In this document: positions 1-9,842 of the stretch, piece after piece
Position numbering within the stretch: position 1 is the first letter of the stretch
Layout of the letters: each line of letters begins with the position of its first letter
Source: Desulfobacterales bacterium
GTDB taxonomy: Bacteria; Desulfobacterota; Desulfobacteria; Desulfobacterales; UBA5852
Direction: 5' to 3'
Assembly (NCBI GenBank): GCA_963674755.2
Contig: CAXXVS010000002.1
Location: 416,001 to 480,000 of the forward strand
Length of the DNA stretch: 64,000 nucleotides
Made by a program: the position numbers and the translations under genes
Notes under the pieces: model-generated
Database searches by the model: none
The model's input: the letters and a program-made list of their open reading frames with translations, nothing else
What the model was told of the DNA's origin: nothing

Positions 1-1187
1 ACCGGGTGGATAGCGGGCTGGATATGCTGGCCTTTCCCCAGGGGGCGATTTTACTGACACGAGAAGCCCATCCCCGCTGGGCATCACTCCTGACCCGCGC
101 GGCCGGCGTCATTACGGCGCACGGCAGCTTTACGGGGCATTTGGCCAACGTGGCCCGCGAGTTCGGCCTGCCTGCCCTTTTCGGTGTTTCCGGGGCGCTG
201 GAAACGCTTCCCCAGGGGGCTCTGGTTACGCTGGATGCCGGCAACCGGCGTATCCATAGAGGCCGCATCGAAGCGCTGCTGGCCCTGTCCCCGCCCAAAG
301 CGCGTCTCATGATCGGAAGTCCTATTTACGAGACCCTGGAACAGATCAGCCGTCTGATCGTGCCCCTGAATCTACTGGATCCGGACACGCCCGAGTTCGC
401 GCCGGCCAACTGCCGTACCCTGCATGACATCACCCGCTTCATTCACGAAAAGTCGGTCCGTGAGATGTTCCACTTCGGGCGGGATCACCGTTTCAACGAG
501 CGCTCGAGCAAACAGCTCTACTTCCATGGGCCCATGCAGTGGTGGATTCTGAACCTGGACGACGGCTTCAAGGAGGAAGTCCGGGGGAAGTACATCCGGC
601 TCGACAACATCGCCTCCATTCCCATGCTGGCCTTTTGGGAGGGGTTTGCGGCCATCCCCTGGGACGGTCCGCCGGCCCTGGACGGCAAGGGCTTGATGGC
701 GGTCATGTTCCAGTCCACCGCCAATCCGGCCCTGACGCCGGGCATCCGTTCCCGCTATGCGGACCGCAACTATTTCATGATCTCCAGGCATTACTGCAAT
801 CTCAGCTCCCGCCTGGGCTACCACTTTTCTACCCTGGAGACGCTGGTCAGCGCGCGTACGGCGGAGAACTATATCGGCTTCCAGTTCAAGGGCGGTGCCG
901 CGGACGACCGCCGTCGCATCAAACGCGTCCACTTCATCGGGGAACTCCTGGAAAACTACAATTTCCGCATCCGCCTCAAAGAAGACAATCTAATGGCCCG
1001 CATCGAAGGCTATGACATGGCCTACATGGTAGATCGCCTCAAGATCCTGGGCTACCTTACCCTGCATACCCGACAACTGGACATGATCATGACCAACCCC
1101 CGCATGGTCGATCATTATCGGATCAAATTGCAGAACGATATTAAGATGATCATCGCGCCGGATAGCGAAGAAAACGCTACATACTAG
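1..1187 (+). CDS. PEP-utilising enzyme / pyruvate,water dikinase-like phosphotransferase, C-terminal part (5'-truncated by the window edge)
   Basis: Swivelling phospho-His domain motif [29 protein letters not shown]...VTLDA; the C-terminal region ([10 protein letters not shown]...RLGYHFST...FQFKGGAAD) is not a canonical PEP-binding TIM barrel. Confidence 0.8.
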   Translation, partial: RVDSGLDMLAFPQGAILLTREAHPRWASLLTRAAGVITAHGSFTGHLANVAREFGLPALFGVSGALETLPQGALVTLDAGNRRIHRGRIEALLALSPPKARLMIGSPIYETLEQISRLIVPLNLLDPDTPEFAPANCRTLHDITRFIHEKSVREMFHFGRDHRFNERSSKQLYFHGPMQWWILNLDDGFKEEVRGKYIRLDNIASIPMLAFWEGFAAIPWDGPPALDGKGLMAVMFQSTANPALTPGIRSRYADRNYFMISRHYCNLSSRLGYHFSTLETLVSARTAENYIGFQFKGGAADDRRRIKRVHFIGELLENYNFRIRLKEDNLMARIEGYDMAYMVDRLKILGYLTLHTRQLDMIMTNPRMVDHYRIKLQNDIKMIIAPDSEENATY

Positions 1188-1400
1188 TACAGACCATCTC
1201 TTCTCAGCCTTTAGCTGTATCTTGCCAACCTACCTTTCCCTTCCGTCCCTGTTTCGGGAAAAATAATTTTCGCACTGTAAAAAATTTCGACAGATGAGGT
1301 TTGTTCTTCCATGCGATCGATGGGGTGACAACCACCATAAGAACCCCGAAAGGATTGATAAATCAGGGCGATAAGATGAAGCGGCTCCTATGCCGAATCC

Positions 1401-1416
1401 TGGCATGCCTATTGCT
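1401..1416 (+). promoter_or_regulatory. sigma54 (-24/-12) promoter for the kinase/SLC13 cluster
   Basis: TGGCATGCCTATTGCT has GG-N10-GC and matches the TGGCAC-N5-TTGC consensus; about 115 nt upstream of the 1533 start; AT-rich segment with TTCGCA and TGT-N11-ACA further upstream (1261-1292). Confidence 0.85.
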
Positions 1417-1532
1417 GAGAAGAGAAAATAAATGATGTCGCGAAACATCCAGCACATCTTGGAGCGTATCATCGCATTGCCTACCAGACACTTTTACGAT
1501 TACTTCTTTAACCGTCCCAAAAGGGTTTCACG

Positions 1533-3257
1533 GTGAGCCGTAACCATTACCGCTCTGTCCGCACGACGATCCTGACCTGCATGATTCTGGTGCCGGTCAT
1601 TCCGTTCATTCTGATTCTGATCATCGGTTTTTACCACTTCAAAGTTTCCCTTGAAACCAGCACGGTTCGCAACCTGAAACGTATCGCCCTTGACCAGCGG
1701 GAGATCATCGATTCGTTTTTAAAGGAGCGCATTGCCGATCTGGAATTTATTCACGCTTCCTATACATTCGACACGCTGCGGCAACCCGAGGTTTTAAACG
1801 CCGTTTTCGCGCGCTTGCAGCTGGCCTCCAATGCTTACACCGATCTGGGGGTCTTCGACGAGGCCGGGGTCCTTGTAGCCTATCGCGGGCCCTATCCATT
1901 GACCGGAAAGGTCTACCGCGAAGAATCCTGGTTCAAAGAGGTGCTGCGACAGGGCGTCTATATCAGCGATGTCTTTCTGGGGTTCCGCAAAACCCCCCAT
2001 TTCGTGGTGGCCGTTGCCCGGGACAGTGCCCAGGGGCGCTGGGTGATCCGCGCCACCATCGACAGCCAGACCTTCAACACCTTGGTCAGCAGCGTTGAAA
2101 TCGGCCGCACCGGTGAAGCCTATATCACCAATCTGGATGGTGTTCTTCAGACCACCCGCCGCTCCGGTGGCCGTCCTCTCGAAGACCCGGGCGATGCCGT
2201 CGAGGCCGGTGAAACGATTCCGTTGGGCTACAGCAGCCATGGTGTCGATGTTTTGGCGAACACTTTTTTCTCCAGCAAGGATTTCCTTTACGCCGCGGCG
2301 CCCCTCAAGGGGGGGGCCTGGGTCCTGTTCGTGCGACAGGCCAAAGCCGATGCCTATGAGGCGCTGCGTACCACCATTTACATGACCGCCCTGATCTGTT
2401 TGCTGGGAGGCGGCCTGATTGTCGTGGTGGCCTTTTATCTTACCAATCGCATCGTCAGCCGGATGGAGAAAATCGATGCAGAAAAGGCGCAGCTGGGCCA
2501 ACAGCTCATCGGTGCCAGTCGATTGGCCGAATTGGGTGAAATGGCGGCCGGTTTTGCTCACGAAATCAATAACCCCCTCCAGATCATCAAAAGCGAGCAT
2601 GCCCTCATCGAAGCGCTGCTGTCCGACCTCAAAGAGGCCGGTTCTTTGCCGCCGTCCCCCGAACTGACGGAGTTGGAAGAATCCATGGCCCAGGTCAGTC
2701 TGCAAATTTCCCGCTGTGCCCAAATCACCCAGGCCATTTTGAAATTCGGCCGGCAAAGCGAACCGACGGTCAAGTCCATCGATCTGCGCGCGTATATCCC
2801 GGAAATCATCCAGATGGTCGCCAACCGGGCCAGCGTGAACGGCATCGCCGTGGTGCAGGAGGTAGGGACGGATACCGCTCCGGTGAAAGGTGACCCGGCT
2901 CAATTGCAGCAGGTGATGATCAATCTTTTCAACAATGCCTTCGACGCCATTATCGAGCGGCATGGCACTTCCGGCGGTGAGTTGCGTGTGACCACCGCCA
3001 CGCAAGCGGATGGGGTCGTCGAAATCACCGTCACGGACAACGGCAGCGGCATCAGTCCGGAAAATAAGGGCAAAATATTTTCCCCGTTTTTTACCACCAA
3101 ACCGGTGGGCCAAGGGACCGGGCTGGGCCTTTCGGTGTGCTACGGGATCATCGACAGCATGGGGGGCACCATGGCGGTGAAAAGTGATCAGGGGGGCGGT
3201 ACGGTCTTTTCAATCCGTCTGCCGATGGATAGGTCCGGCGGAGGAAAGCGGCCCTGA
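1533..3257 (+). CDS. Membrane sensor histidine kinase (Cache-type periplasmic domain, NtrB-like HisKA/HATPase)
   Basis: Two TM segments; H-box FAHEINNPL; N-box NLFNNAFDA; DNGSG; FFTTK; GTGLGL. Confidence 0.93.
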   Translation: MSRNHYRSVRTTILTCMILVPVIPFILILIIGFYHFKVSLETSTVRNLKRIALDQREIIDSFLKERIADLEFIHASYTFDTLRQPEVLNAVFARLQLASNAYTDLGVFDEAGVLVAYRGPYPLTGKVYREESWFKEVLRQGVYISDVFLGFRKTPHFVVAVARDSAQGRWVIRATIDSQTFNTLVSSVEIGRTGEAYITNLDGVLQTTRRSGGRPLEDPGDAVEAGETIPLGYSSHGVDVLANTFFSSKDFLYAAAPLKGGAWVLFVRQAKADAYEALRTTIYMTALICLLGGGLIVVVAFYLTNRIVSRMEKIDAEKAQLGQQLIGASRLAELGEMAAGFAHEINNPLQIIKSEHALIEALLSDLKEAGSLPPSPELTELEESMAQVSLQISRCAQITQAILKFGRQSEPTVKSIDLRAYIPEIIQMVANRASVNGIAVVQEVGTDTAPVKGDPAQLQQVMINLFNNAFDAIIERHGTSGGELRVTTATQADGVVEITVTDNGSGISPENKGKIFSPFFTTKPVGQGTGLGLSVCYGIIDSMGGTMAVKSDQGGGTVFSIRLPMDRSGGGKRP

Positions 3258-3341
3258 TCATCCGGCGGGTGAGATCCACCGTTGCATATGATGGACGAAG
3301 TTCTTCTGATACGGAGAGATGGAAAGCGGGAGGAAAACCCT

Positions 3342-3788
3342 ATGGAAGCAATGAAGCTCATGCTGGTGGATGACGAGGAGCGGTTTTTGACAACGACCAA
3401 AAAGTTGCTTGAACGCAAGGGCTATGAGGTCTTGACGGCATCCAGCGGCGCCCGTGCACTGGAAATCCTGCGGGAAACCAATGTCCAAGTGGTGATTCTG
3501 GACGTCAAGATGCCCGGAATGGATGGTAACGCCACGCTGGTGGAGATTAAACGCCAGTTTCCCATGGTCGAAGTGATCATGCTCACGGGTCATGCCACCG
3601 TGGAGTCCGCTATCGAGGGTCTCAAAGCCGGTGCCAGCGACTATCTGATGAAACCCACCGATATCGATGACCTGATGGCAAAAGCCGAGGAGGCCTTTGC
3701 CCGCCGTCAGGGGTTGGAAGAAAAAATCCGGGTCGCGCGGATGCGGCACCTGATGAAATCCCCGCGTGCGATTATCGATGAGTCATAG
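3342..3788 (+). CDS. Stand-alone response regulator receiver with C-terminal helix
   Basis: LVDDE, VILDVKMPG, MLTGH, YLMKP; RBS GGAGGA precedes the ATG at 3342. Confidence 0.92.
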   Translation: MEAMKLMLVDDEERFLTTTKKLLERKGYEVLTASSGARALEILRETNVQVVILDVKMPGMDGNATLVEIKRQFPMVEVIMLTGHATVESAIEGLKAGASDYLMKPTDIDDLMAKAEEAFARRQGLEEKIRVARMRHLMKSPRAIIDES

Positions 3789-3833
3789 AACCCTGCCCGG
3801 GCCGTTTGGTAACCGAGAAAAAGGATTTGCGCA

Positions 3834-5687
3834 ATGGCAAAGGAATCCAAGAAAAAAGCGACGGGTTACGATAAATATATCGACTGGAAACTGTTTGTTA
3901 TCCCGGTGGTGTTGTTTTTCCTGATTCTGGTCCTTCCAACGTCCGAAGGCATGAAAGACGTGGGGGCGGAATACAAGGTCGGGCCCAAGGTGGTGGTCGC
4001 GTATATCATTCAGGACCTCTTCCACACCTCGCGTACGGATGCCCTCCAGTGGCAGCTTCTCACGGCCCGGATCATGGAGCAGAACATGCAAATGGGGGCG
4101 CTGTCAAAAGCCCGCTTCATGAAACGCAACCTCAAATGGGCCCGCAACTACGGCATTCAGGCCGATGCCGCCAACCTGGAGCGGGCCCAGGCCTTTATCA
4201 AGGAGAATGTCAGCGACGAGGCTTTTGCCGCCCTGATGGCCGATGCGGTCAAGCTCCGCAAGGAAAAGCTGCGTTACGACGAGCTTACGGGGGATAACAA
4301 GGTCGCGGCCGAAAAGGGGGCCTGGCACATCAAAGTGGCCATTGCCATGGTGGTCTTCGTGGTCTTCTGCTTTTTGACCGAATGTATTCCGCTGCCGGGG
4401 GTCGCTTTCTGCATCGGCTTGATTCTGGTGTTTACGGGAGTCGTCAGCCGGAAGGAGGTGGCCGGTCTATACTGGGACGACGCCTGCTGGTTCATCATGG
4501 GCAGCCTCATGTTTGCCGCGGCCTTTGTCAAGACCGGCGTGGACAAGCGGGTCTGTCTGATGATGTTTCGCAAGCTGGCGGTACCCAACGTCAAATGGAT
4601 CACCCTGATCTTTTTCATCATCATCGCCCCCCTGGCCTCGTTCATCTCCGACCATGCCCTGGCCGCCATGTTCCTGCCCATCGGGATGCTGTTGTACCAG
4701 AACAGCCTTACGCGGGAAGTGCCCTCGGATCCGGAGCTGGGCAAGATGCTGATGATTGCTATCGCCATGGCCTGCAACGTCGGCGGGTTCGGGGCGCCTT
4801 CGGGCGGGGCCCGCAACGTGATCATGATGACCTACCTGAACGACATGTTCGGCATGGACATCGGCTATTTCCAGTGGGTGAGCTACGCGATGCCGTTTGT
4901 CTTCGTCATGATTCCCGTGACCTGGCTGGTGGTGAACTGGCGCTTCAAGCCCCGGATCGTCTCCCTGGCCCCGGCCATGGAGCATCTGCAAAGCGAAATC
5001 GGCAAGATGGGGGGCTGGAACCGCAAACAGGTGATCGCCTTGATTATCTTCGTGGTCATGCTGTGGGGCTGGTTCACGGAGAAGATCTTCTTCCAGCTGG
5101 GCATCTATCCGGTACGCCTGGGGATCGGGGTCATCGCCGTCGCCGGTGCCATCGCCTATCTGCTGGTGGGGATCGTCAATTGGCGCGACTACCAGGAGAA
5201 GGTCGATTGGGGCGTGGTCTGGCTCTATGCGGGCGCCATCATCTTCGGCAAGACCCTGGATGAAACGGGAGCGGCCTATTGGCTGGCCCGCTCCTGCATC
5301 GATCTGCTGGCCCCGCTGGGCATGGATTCGGGCCTTCCCCTGATGCTGGCGAACAACGGCTTGACCGCGGTTTTGACCAACCTCATGGCGGACGGTCCGG
5401 CGGCGGCCGCCGTGGGCCCCATTTCCTTGAACATGGCTGCCATGGTGCATCCCGGGACCACCTATCTGCCCTTCATGGCCATGGCCACAGCGGCGGCCTC
5501 CTCCTTTGCCTACTGTCTCATCATCGGCACGCCGCCCAACGCCATCGTTTACGCCAGCGGCTATCTGGAGCCCAAGGACTACGTACGGGTGGGGGCTATC
5601 ATGTGGGTGGTGGCCAATGTCGTGTTGGTGCTGTTGACAACCGTCTATTGGGTTTTCAGAGGGTTCGGCGACCTGCCGGCGTTCTGA
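3834..5687 (+). CDS. SLC13/DASS family transporter (paralogue A)
   Basis: Many TM helices; TECIPL, GVDKR, GGFGAPSGGARN, VDWGVV, IGTPPNAI motifs; large soluble insert after TM1. Confidence 0.88.
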   Translation: MAKESKKKATGYDKYIDWKLFVIPVVLFFLILVLPTSEGMKDVGAEYKVGPKVVVAYIIQDLFHTSRTDALQWQLLTARIMEQNMQMGALSKARFMKRNLKWARNYGIQADAANLERAQAFIKENVSDEAFAALMADAVKLRKEKLRYDELTGDNKVAAEKGAWHIKVAIAMVVFVVFCFLTECIPLPGVAFCIGLILVFTGVVSRKEVAGLYWDDACWFIMGSLMFAAAFVKTGVDKRVCLMMFRKLAVPNVKWITLIFFIIIAPLASFISDHALAAMFLPIGMLLYQNSLTREVPSDPELGKMLMIAIAMACNVGGFGAPSGGARNVIMMTYLNDMFGMDIGYFQWVSYAMPFVFVMIPVTWLVVNWRFKPRIVSLAPAMEHLQSEIGKMGGWNRKQVIALIIFVVMLWGWFTEKIFFQLGIYPVRLGIGVIAVAGAIAYLLVGIVNWRDYQEKVDWGVVWLYAGAIIFGKTLDETGAAYWLARSCIDLLAPLGMDSGLPLMLANNGLTAVLTNLMADGPAAAAVGPISLNMAAMVHPGTTYLPFMAMATAAASSFAYCLIIGTPPNAIVYASGYLEPKDYVRVGAIMWVVANVVLVLLTTVYWVFRGFGDLPAF

Positions 5688-5736
5688 CGCGGTGAGACAT
5701 CAAAGGGGGGCCGGTCCGAAAATGGAGAACAACCAC

Positions 5737-5901
5737 ATGCATTCATACCCAGCGGTTGAAGACGGCAAGCGCTTGGGACCCCTGCGCTTTTCGAAGGGGA
5801 AGATGTATTTCAGCCGCCGAAACGAGCGCCGCTTCTTTTTTATCCTGACCCTTATCATGCTGGCGGTCGCCGTCGCCGGTAAAATCGGTTTGTTTTTTTA
5901 G
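5737..5901 (+). CDS. Small hypothetical membrane protein (single C-terminal hydrophobic helix)
   Basis: GGAG 9 nt before ATG 5737; fills the gap between SLC13 and YIP1 genes; basic patch RRNERR followed by FFFILTLIMLAVAVAG. Confidence 0.6.
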   Translation: MHSYPAVEDGKRLGPLRFSKGKMYFSRRNERRFFFILTLIMLAVAVAGKIGLFF

Positions 5902-5912
5902 AGGCCGTCATC

Positions 5913-6443
5913 GTGAACACCGCGACCGACATCACCCTGCGCAATTATATCCGGATCATGGGGCAGCTCTTGACCCGGCCGCGGGTCTTCTTCCGCACCC
6001 TGCCTCACGATCTGGGGATGAAGCGCCCGATGCTGATGCTGGTCGTCTCAAGCGTGATCTATGTCGCGGCCTGCCTGCTGAGCCGCAGACCCGCCGATCC
6101 GCTGACCTGGGGCGGGGTGCTGTTGGCCAATGCCCTGGGGATGGCCGTGATTACGGCTGTTTTGGGCTTCGGGGTCATGTTGGCCACGCGCGGGAAGCAG
6201 GTTCCTTTCGGTCCTTTTTTCAGTATCTATGCGCTTGCGAACAGCGCGGTTCTTCTAGTGGCCTGGATCCCGTTTGCCGGTTTGCTCGCCGAATTGTTCA
6301 AATGGTGGTTGATCGGAACCGGCCTGATCCGCTCTTTCGGCCTGAAGATGTGGCAGACCGCCGTTATCGTGGGCGTCTCGGTTATCGGGGTCGTGGTGAT
6401 CTTCAAAGGCGTTTTAGCCCTGTTGGGGACAGGGTCCGGCTAA
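5913..6443 (+). CDS. YIP1-family membrane protein
   Basis: LLTRPRVFFRTL N-terminal motif followed by about 5 TM helices. Confidence 0.7.
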   Translation: MNTATDITLRNYIRIMGQLLTRPRVFFRTLPHDLGMKRPMLMLVVSSVIYVAACLLSRRPADPLTWGGVLLANALGMAVITAVLGFGVMLATRGKQVPFGPFFSIYALANSAVLLVAWIPFAGLLAELFKWWLIGTGLIRSFGLKMWQTAVIVGVSVIGVVVIFKGVLALLGTGSG

Positions 6444-6545
6444 CGCCCCGACGTCCGGACGAGGGAACAATACGACCCCGCGGTACACCGACGTGCGACG
6501 CGAAGGCCATGGGCAGACGGATCACAGCAACCAACCCATAGGGAG

Positions 6546-7457
6546 ATGTTGGCGATGAGTGAGAAGATAAAAGTGTTGATGGTTGACGATGAAAAACAGT
6601 TTCGCACGACCACTGAAAAGCTGCTCAAGCGCAAGGGATTTGAAACGATTCTGGCGGCCAGCGGCGAGGAGGCCATCGCGAAGCTCGTCGAAAACCCCGA
6701 TGTGGTGATTCTGGATATCAAGATGAGCGGCATGGACGGCCACCAGACGCTGGTGCAAATCAAAGCCGATCAACCCGATCTGCCGGTCATCATGCTGACC
6801 GGGCATGGGGCAATGCCGTCGGCCCGGGAAGCCCTGGGAGAAGGCGCTTACGATTATCTGACCAAGCCTTGCGACATCGATCTCCTGGCGGCCAAAGTCA
6901 GAGATGCCTATTTCTACCGCCGGCAGGCGGACGAATTCCAGGAGCGGCGCGTAATGGGCGTCATGATACCGCTTCAGGAATACACCACCTTGAGCGGTGA
7001 GGCCAGCATCCGCGAGGCCGTAAAGGCCTTAAAAACATCTTTCACATCCCGGGAGTCCACCAGCCGCATCATGGAAACCGGCCACCGTTCCATTCTGATC
7101 ATGGACGCCCGAAACAAGATCGAGGGGATTCTGAGTATTCGGGATCTGCTTGAAATGGCCATGCCGCCTTATCTCAAGGCGCCCAAGCCCTCGACCGCCG
7201 ACAGTATTCAGTACTCCCCCATGTTCTGGAAAAACATGTTCAGCCAGACGATTCTGGCCAACGCCGAAACAAAGATAAACGACGTCATGTCACCGCCTCC
7301 GCCGACCATCGACGGTACGGCCAGCCTCATGGAAGCTGCTTATATGATGGTCTGCGGAGACGAACGGCGCCTGGTGGTTGAGCTTTCCGGGGAGGTCGCG
7401 GGCGTTGTCCGCGAGCAGGACCTCTTCTTCGCCATCGAGCGCATTTTGCGTTCCTAA
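6546..7457 (+). CDS. Response regulator with C-terminal CBS-domain pair
   Basis: Receiver (MVDDE, ILDIKM, LTGH, LTKP) followed by CBS-like repeats (VMGVMIP...GILSIRDLL; INDVMSP...GVVREQDL). Confidence 0.88.
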   Translation: MLAMSEKIKVLMVDDEKQFRTTTEKLLKRKGFETILAASGEEAIAKLVENPDVVILDIKMSGMDGHQTLVQIKADQPDLPVIMLTGHGAMPSAREALGEGAYDYLTKPCDIDLLAAKVRDAYFYRRQADEFQERRVMGVMIPLQEYTTLSGEASIREAVKALKTSFTSRESTSRIMETGHRSILIMDARNKIEGILSIRDLLEMAMPPYLKAPKPSTADSIQYSPMFWKNMFSQTILANAETKINDVMSPPPPTIDGTASLMEAAYMMVCGDERRLVVELSGEVAGVVREQDLFFAIERILRS

Positions 7458-7488
7458 ACGATGCCGCACCAGCCCTGCGAAAGATGGC

Positions 7489-7917
7489 ATGAATGAACCA
7501 TACACCATATTGATTGCCGACCGGAACTCCCACGTGCGCATGTTCTTGATGCGTGAATTGATGGCCGAGGGGTATCGCGTGCAACTGGCGGCCACGGCCG
7601 AAAATGTTCTCAAAATCGTGTACGCCCAGCAGAAGATCGATCTGGTGATTCTGGACCCCGATCTTCCGGGCATCGAAGCGGGCACGATGCTTGAAAGATT
7701 GGCGGACCGCATCCCGCTGTTGCCGGTGGTGCTTCACACCCACCGGCGGCACGACGAACCCGCCTTGTGCATCAACACGGCATGGGTGACCGTCGTTGAA
7801 AAGGCGGGAGACAGCGTGGAGCGTATCAAGGAGATCGTGGGGACGCTGCTGGCGACTTTCGGTCGGGATATCACCGCCGCCCATCGGGATCGCAATCGGG
7901 AAGGGGAGTTGTTGTGA
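7489..7917 (+). CDS. Atypical stand-alone receiver protein
   Basis: ILIADRN, DLVILDPDLPG, VVLHT, VEK; start assigned at MNEPYT. Confidence 0.75.
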   Translation: MNEPYTILIADRNSHVRMFLMRELMAEGYRVQLAATAENVLKIVYAQQKIDLVILDPDLPGIEAGTMLERLADRIPLLPVVLHTHRRHDEPALCINTAWVTVVEKAGDSVERIKEIVGTLLATFGRDITAAHRDRNREGELL

Positions 7918-8142
7918 ACGCACCAACGATCGCGCCCTTGATGAGGCCCGTATCGACCTGCTGCGCCCGGCGGAGGGGTGGCGTGCGTTCCCGAAGCCAT
8001 TCGATCACGCTTGCGGCCGCGAAGACCGCCGGCATGCCACGCACGAATACAGGAGGCCGACTGCAATCGGTGACAGCGGCAGGCCAATGACGACCCTGTC
8101 AGATCGCAATAACGGACTTGATAGAATTCTGAAGGAGGATGA

Positions 8143-9804
8143 ATGGCACATCATACGCCCATGGACAAAGAGGCCCCCCGGGGATGGACATGGAAAAATC
8201 AGCCGGGGTATAAGCCCCTGCTGCTCTTGATCGCGGCCCTGGTCTTTACGGCGATTGTAATCCTGCCACCGCCCCCAAGCATGCTGAATATGGTCAGCAA
8301 GGTCAATCCGCCCGGTTACAAGCTGGCCCAGGGATGCAAGACCATCACGGATACCGTCAACAGGAAATTGCGGGCGGACGCCTTCCAAGCCTCTCAAAAC
8401 GCGTCATCATCCGACACATCCTCTCATAACGAACCCCTCCTTACCGCCGAAGAAGTGGCCCGCTTGGCCAAAATCATGGTGGCCATTTTATTCCTGGCGG
8501 CCTTTTTGTGGGGAACCGAATCCCTGCCCTTGGGGGCCACCGACATCCTGGTGGGGGTGATGCTATACCTGTTCACGATTTTGCCCATCAATGAGATTTC
8601 CCAGGCCTATATGAAGGACGCCGTATTTTTTATCTTCGGCATCCTGGCCGTGGCCGTGGGGGTCGCCAAGACAGGGCTCGATAAGCGGATCGGGCTTATT
8701 TTGCTGAGCCGTATCGGCAGTGCCAAGGCCTTTGCCTTCCTTTTCCTGCCCATGCTGGCGATATCGGCCGGCTTTTTATCGGAGCATGCCCTGGTGGCGC
8801 TATTGATTCCAGTACTAATGGGCATTTACAAGGTTACCTGCAAAATTCATGGCGTCAAAAAGGACCGCGCCCTGGCGATTTTCCTTTTGTTGGGCGTCTG
8901 CTTTGCCGCCAATCACGGCGGACCGGGATCGCCCGCCGCCGGGGGGCGCAATGCCATCATGGTCGGTTATTTGATGGAGTACGGATTTCCGATTTCCTTC
9001 CTGGACTGGATGAAAATCGGCATGCCCTTTGTGCCGCTCATGTCCGTCGTGATCGGCGCCTACATGTACATCCGTTGCAAACCCAAGTTCCAGGTCAAGG
9101 ACGTGAACCCCAGTGAAGTGGTCAAGGCCGAAGTGGCCCGCATGCCCAAATTCGGCGGGAAAGAGGCCCTGATGGCGATCATTCTGGTGGCCTTGGTAAC
9201 GGCCTGGATCGTACTTGGGGAACATGCCGGCCTCGGCGGTCCGACGCTTTATGCCGTCATGGCCATGTTCGTCTGCCGGATTATCACCTGGGAGGACGTT
9301 CAGGACGGCGTGGCCTTCGACGTGGTGGGACTGTATGCGGCCGCCTGCGCCATGGGGGTCGGTCTCAAGTTCACCGGTGGGGCCCTGTGGCTGGCCGATA
9401 CCTTTGTCAGCCTCCTGCCCGATGCGTTGACCAAAGGGGACGGTCTGGTGGTGGGCGTCAGCATCCTCACCGGCACCATGACCAATTTCATGAGCGACGG
9501 CGCCACGGTGGCTGCCCTGGGCCCCATTGTCCTGCCCATGGCGACCCTGGCCAACGTGAGCGTCTGGAAAGTGGGCTTGATTACCTCCTTCTCGTCTTCC
9601 TTCGCCAATTTTCTGGTGGTCGGCACGCCCAACAACGCCATCTGCTTCGGCATGGGGCGGGATCCCGAAACCGGCGAACGTCTGCTGGATGTCATGGATT
9701 TCATCAAATACGGGATTCCGGTGACGATTCTGGCCTGGCTCGTGCTTTGGCTCTGGGCGGTATTCGGCTATTGGCGGTTTTTGTCCTGGCCGACGGGCGG
9801 TTGA
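8143..9804 (+). CDS. SLC13/DASS family transporter (paralogue B)
   Basis: RBS AAGGAGG; TESLPL, GLDKR, GGPGSPAAGGRN, VGTPNNAI motifs; many TM helices. Confidence 0.88.
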   Translation: MAHHTPMDKEAPRGWTWKNQPGYKPLLLLIAALVFTAIVILPPPPSMLNMVSKVNPPGYKLAQGCKTITDTVNRKLRADAFQASQNASSSDTSSHNEPLLTAEEVARLAKIMVAILFLAAFLWGTESLPLGATDILVGVMLYLFTILPINEISQAYMKDAVFFIFGILAVAVGVAKTGLDKRIGLILLSRIGSAKAFAFLFLPMLAISAGFLSEHALVALLIPVLMGIYKVTCKIHGVKKDRALAIFLLLGVCFAANHGGPGSPAAGGRNAIMVGYLMEYGFPISFLDWMKIGMPFVPLMSVVIGAYMYIRCKPKFQVKDVNPSEVVKAEVARMPKFGGKEALMAIILVALVTAWIVLGEHAGLGGPTLYAVMAMFVCRIITWEDVQDGVAFDVVGLYAAACAMGVGLKFTGGALWLADTFVSLLPDALTKGDGLVVGVSILTGTMTNFMSDGATVAALGPIVLPMATLANVSVWKVGLITSFSSSFANFLVVGTPNNAICFGMGRDPETGERLLDVMDFIKYGIPVTILAWLVLWLWAVFGYWRFLSWPTGG

Positions 9805-9842
9805 TACCATGCGGGCGCGGGTAAGACGCACGGGAGCGTGAT

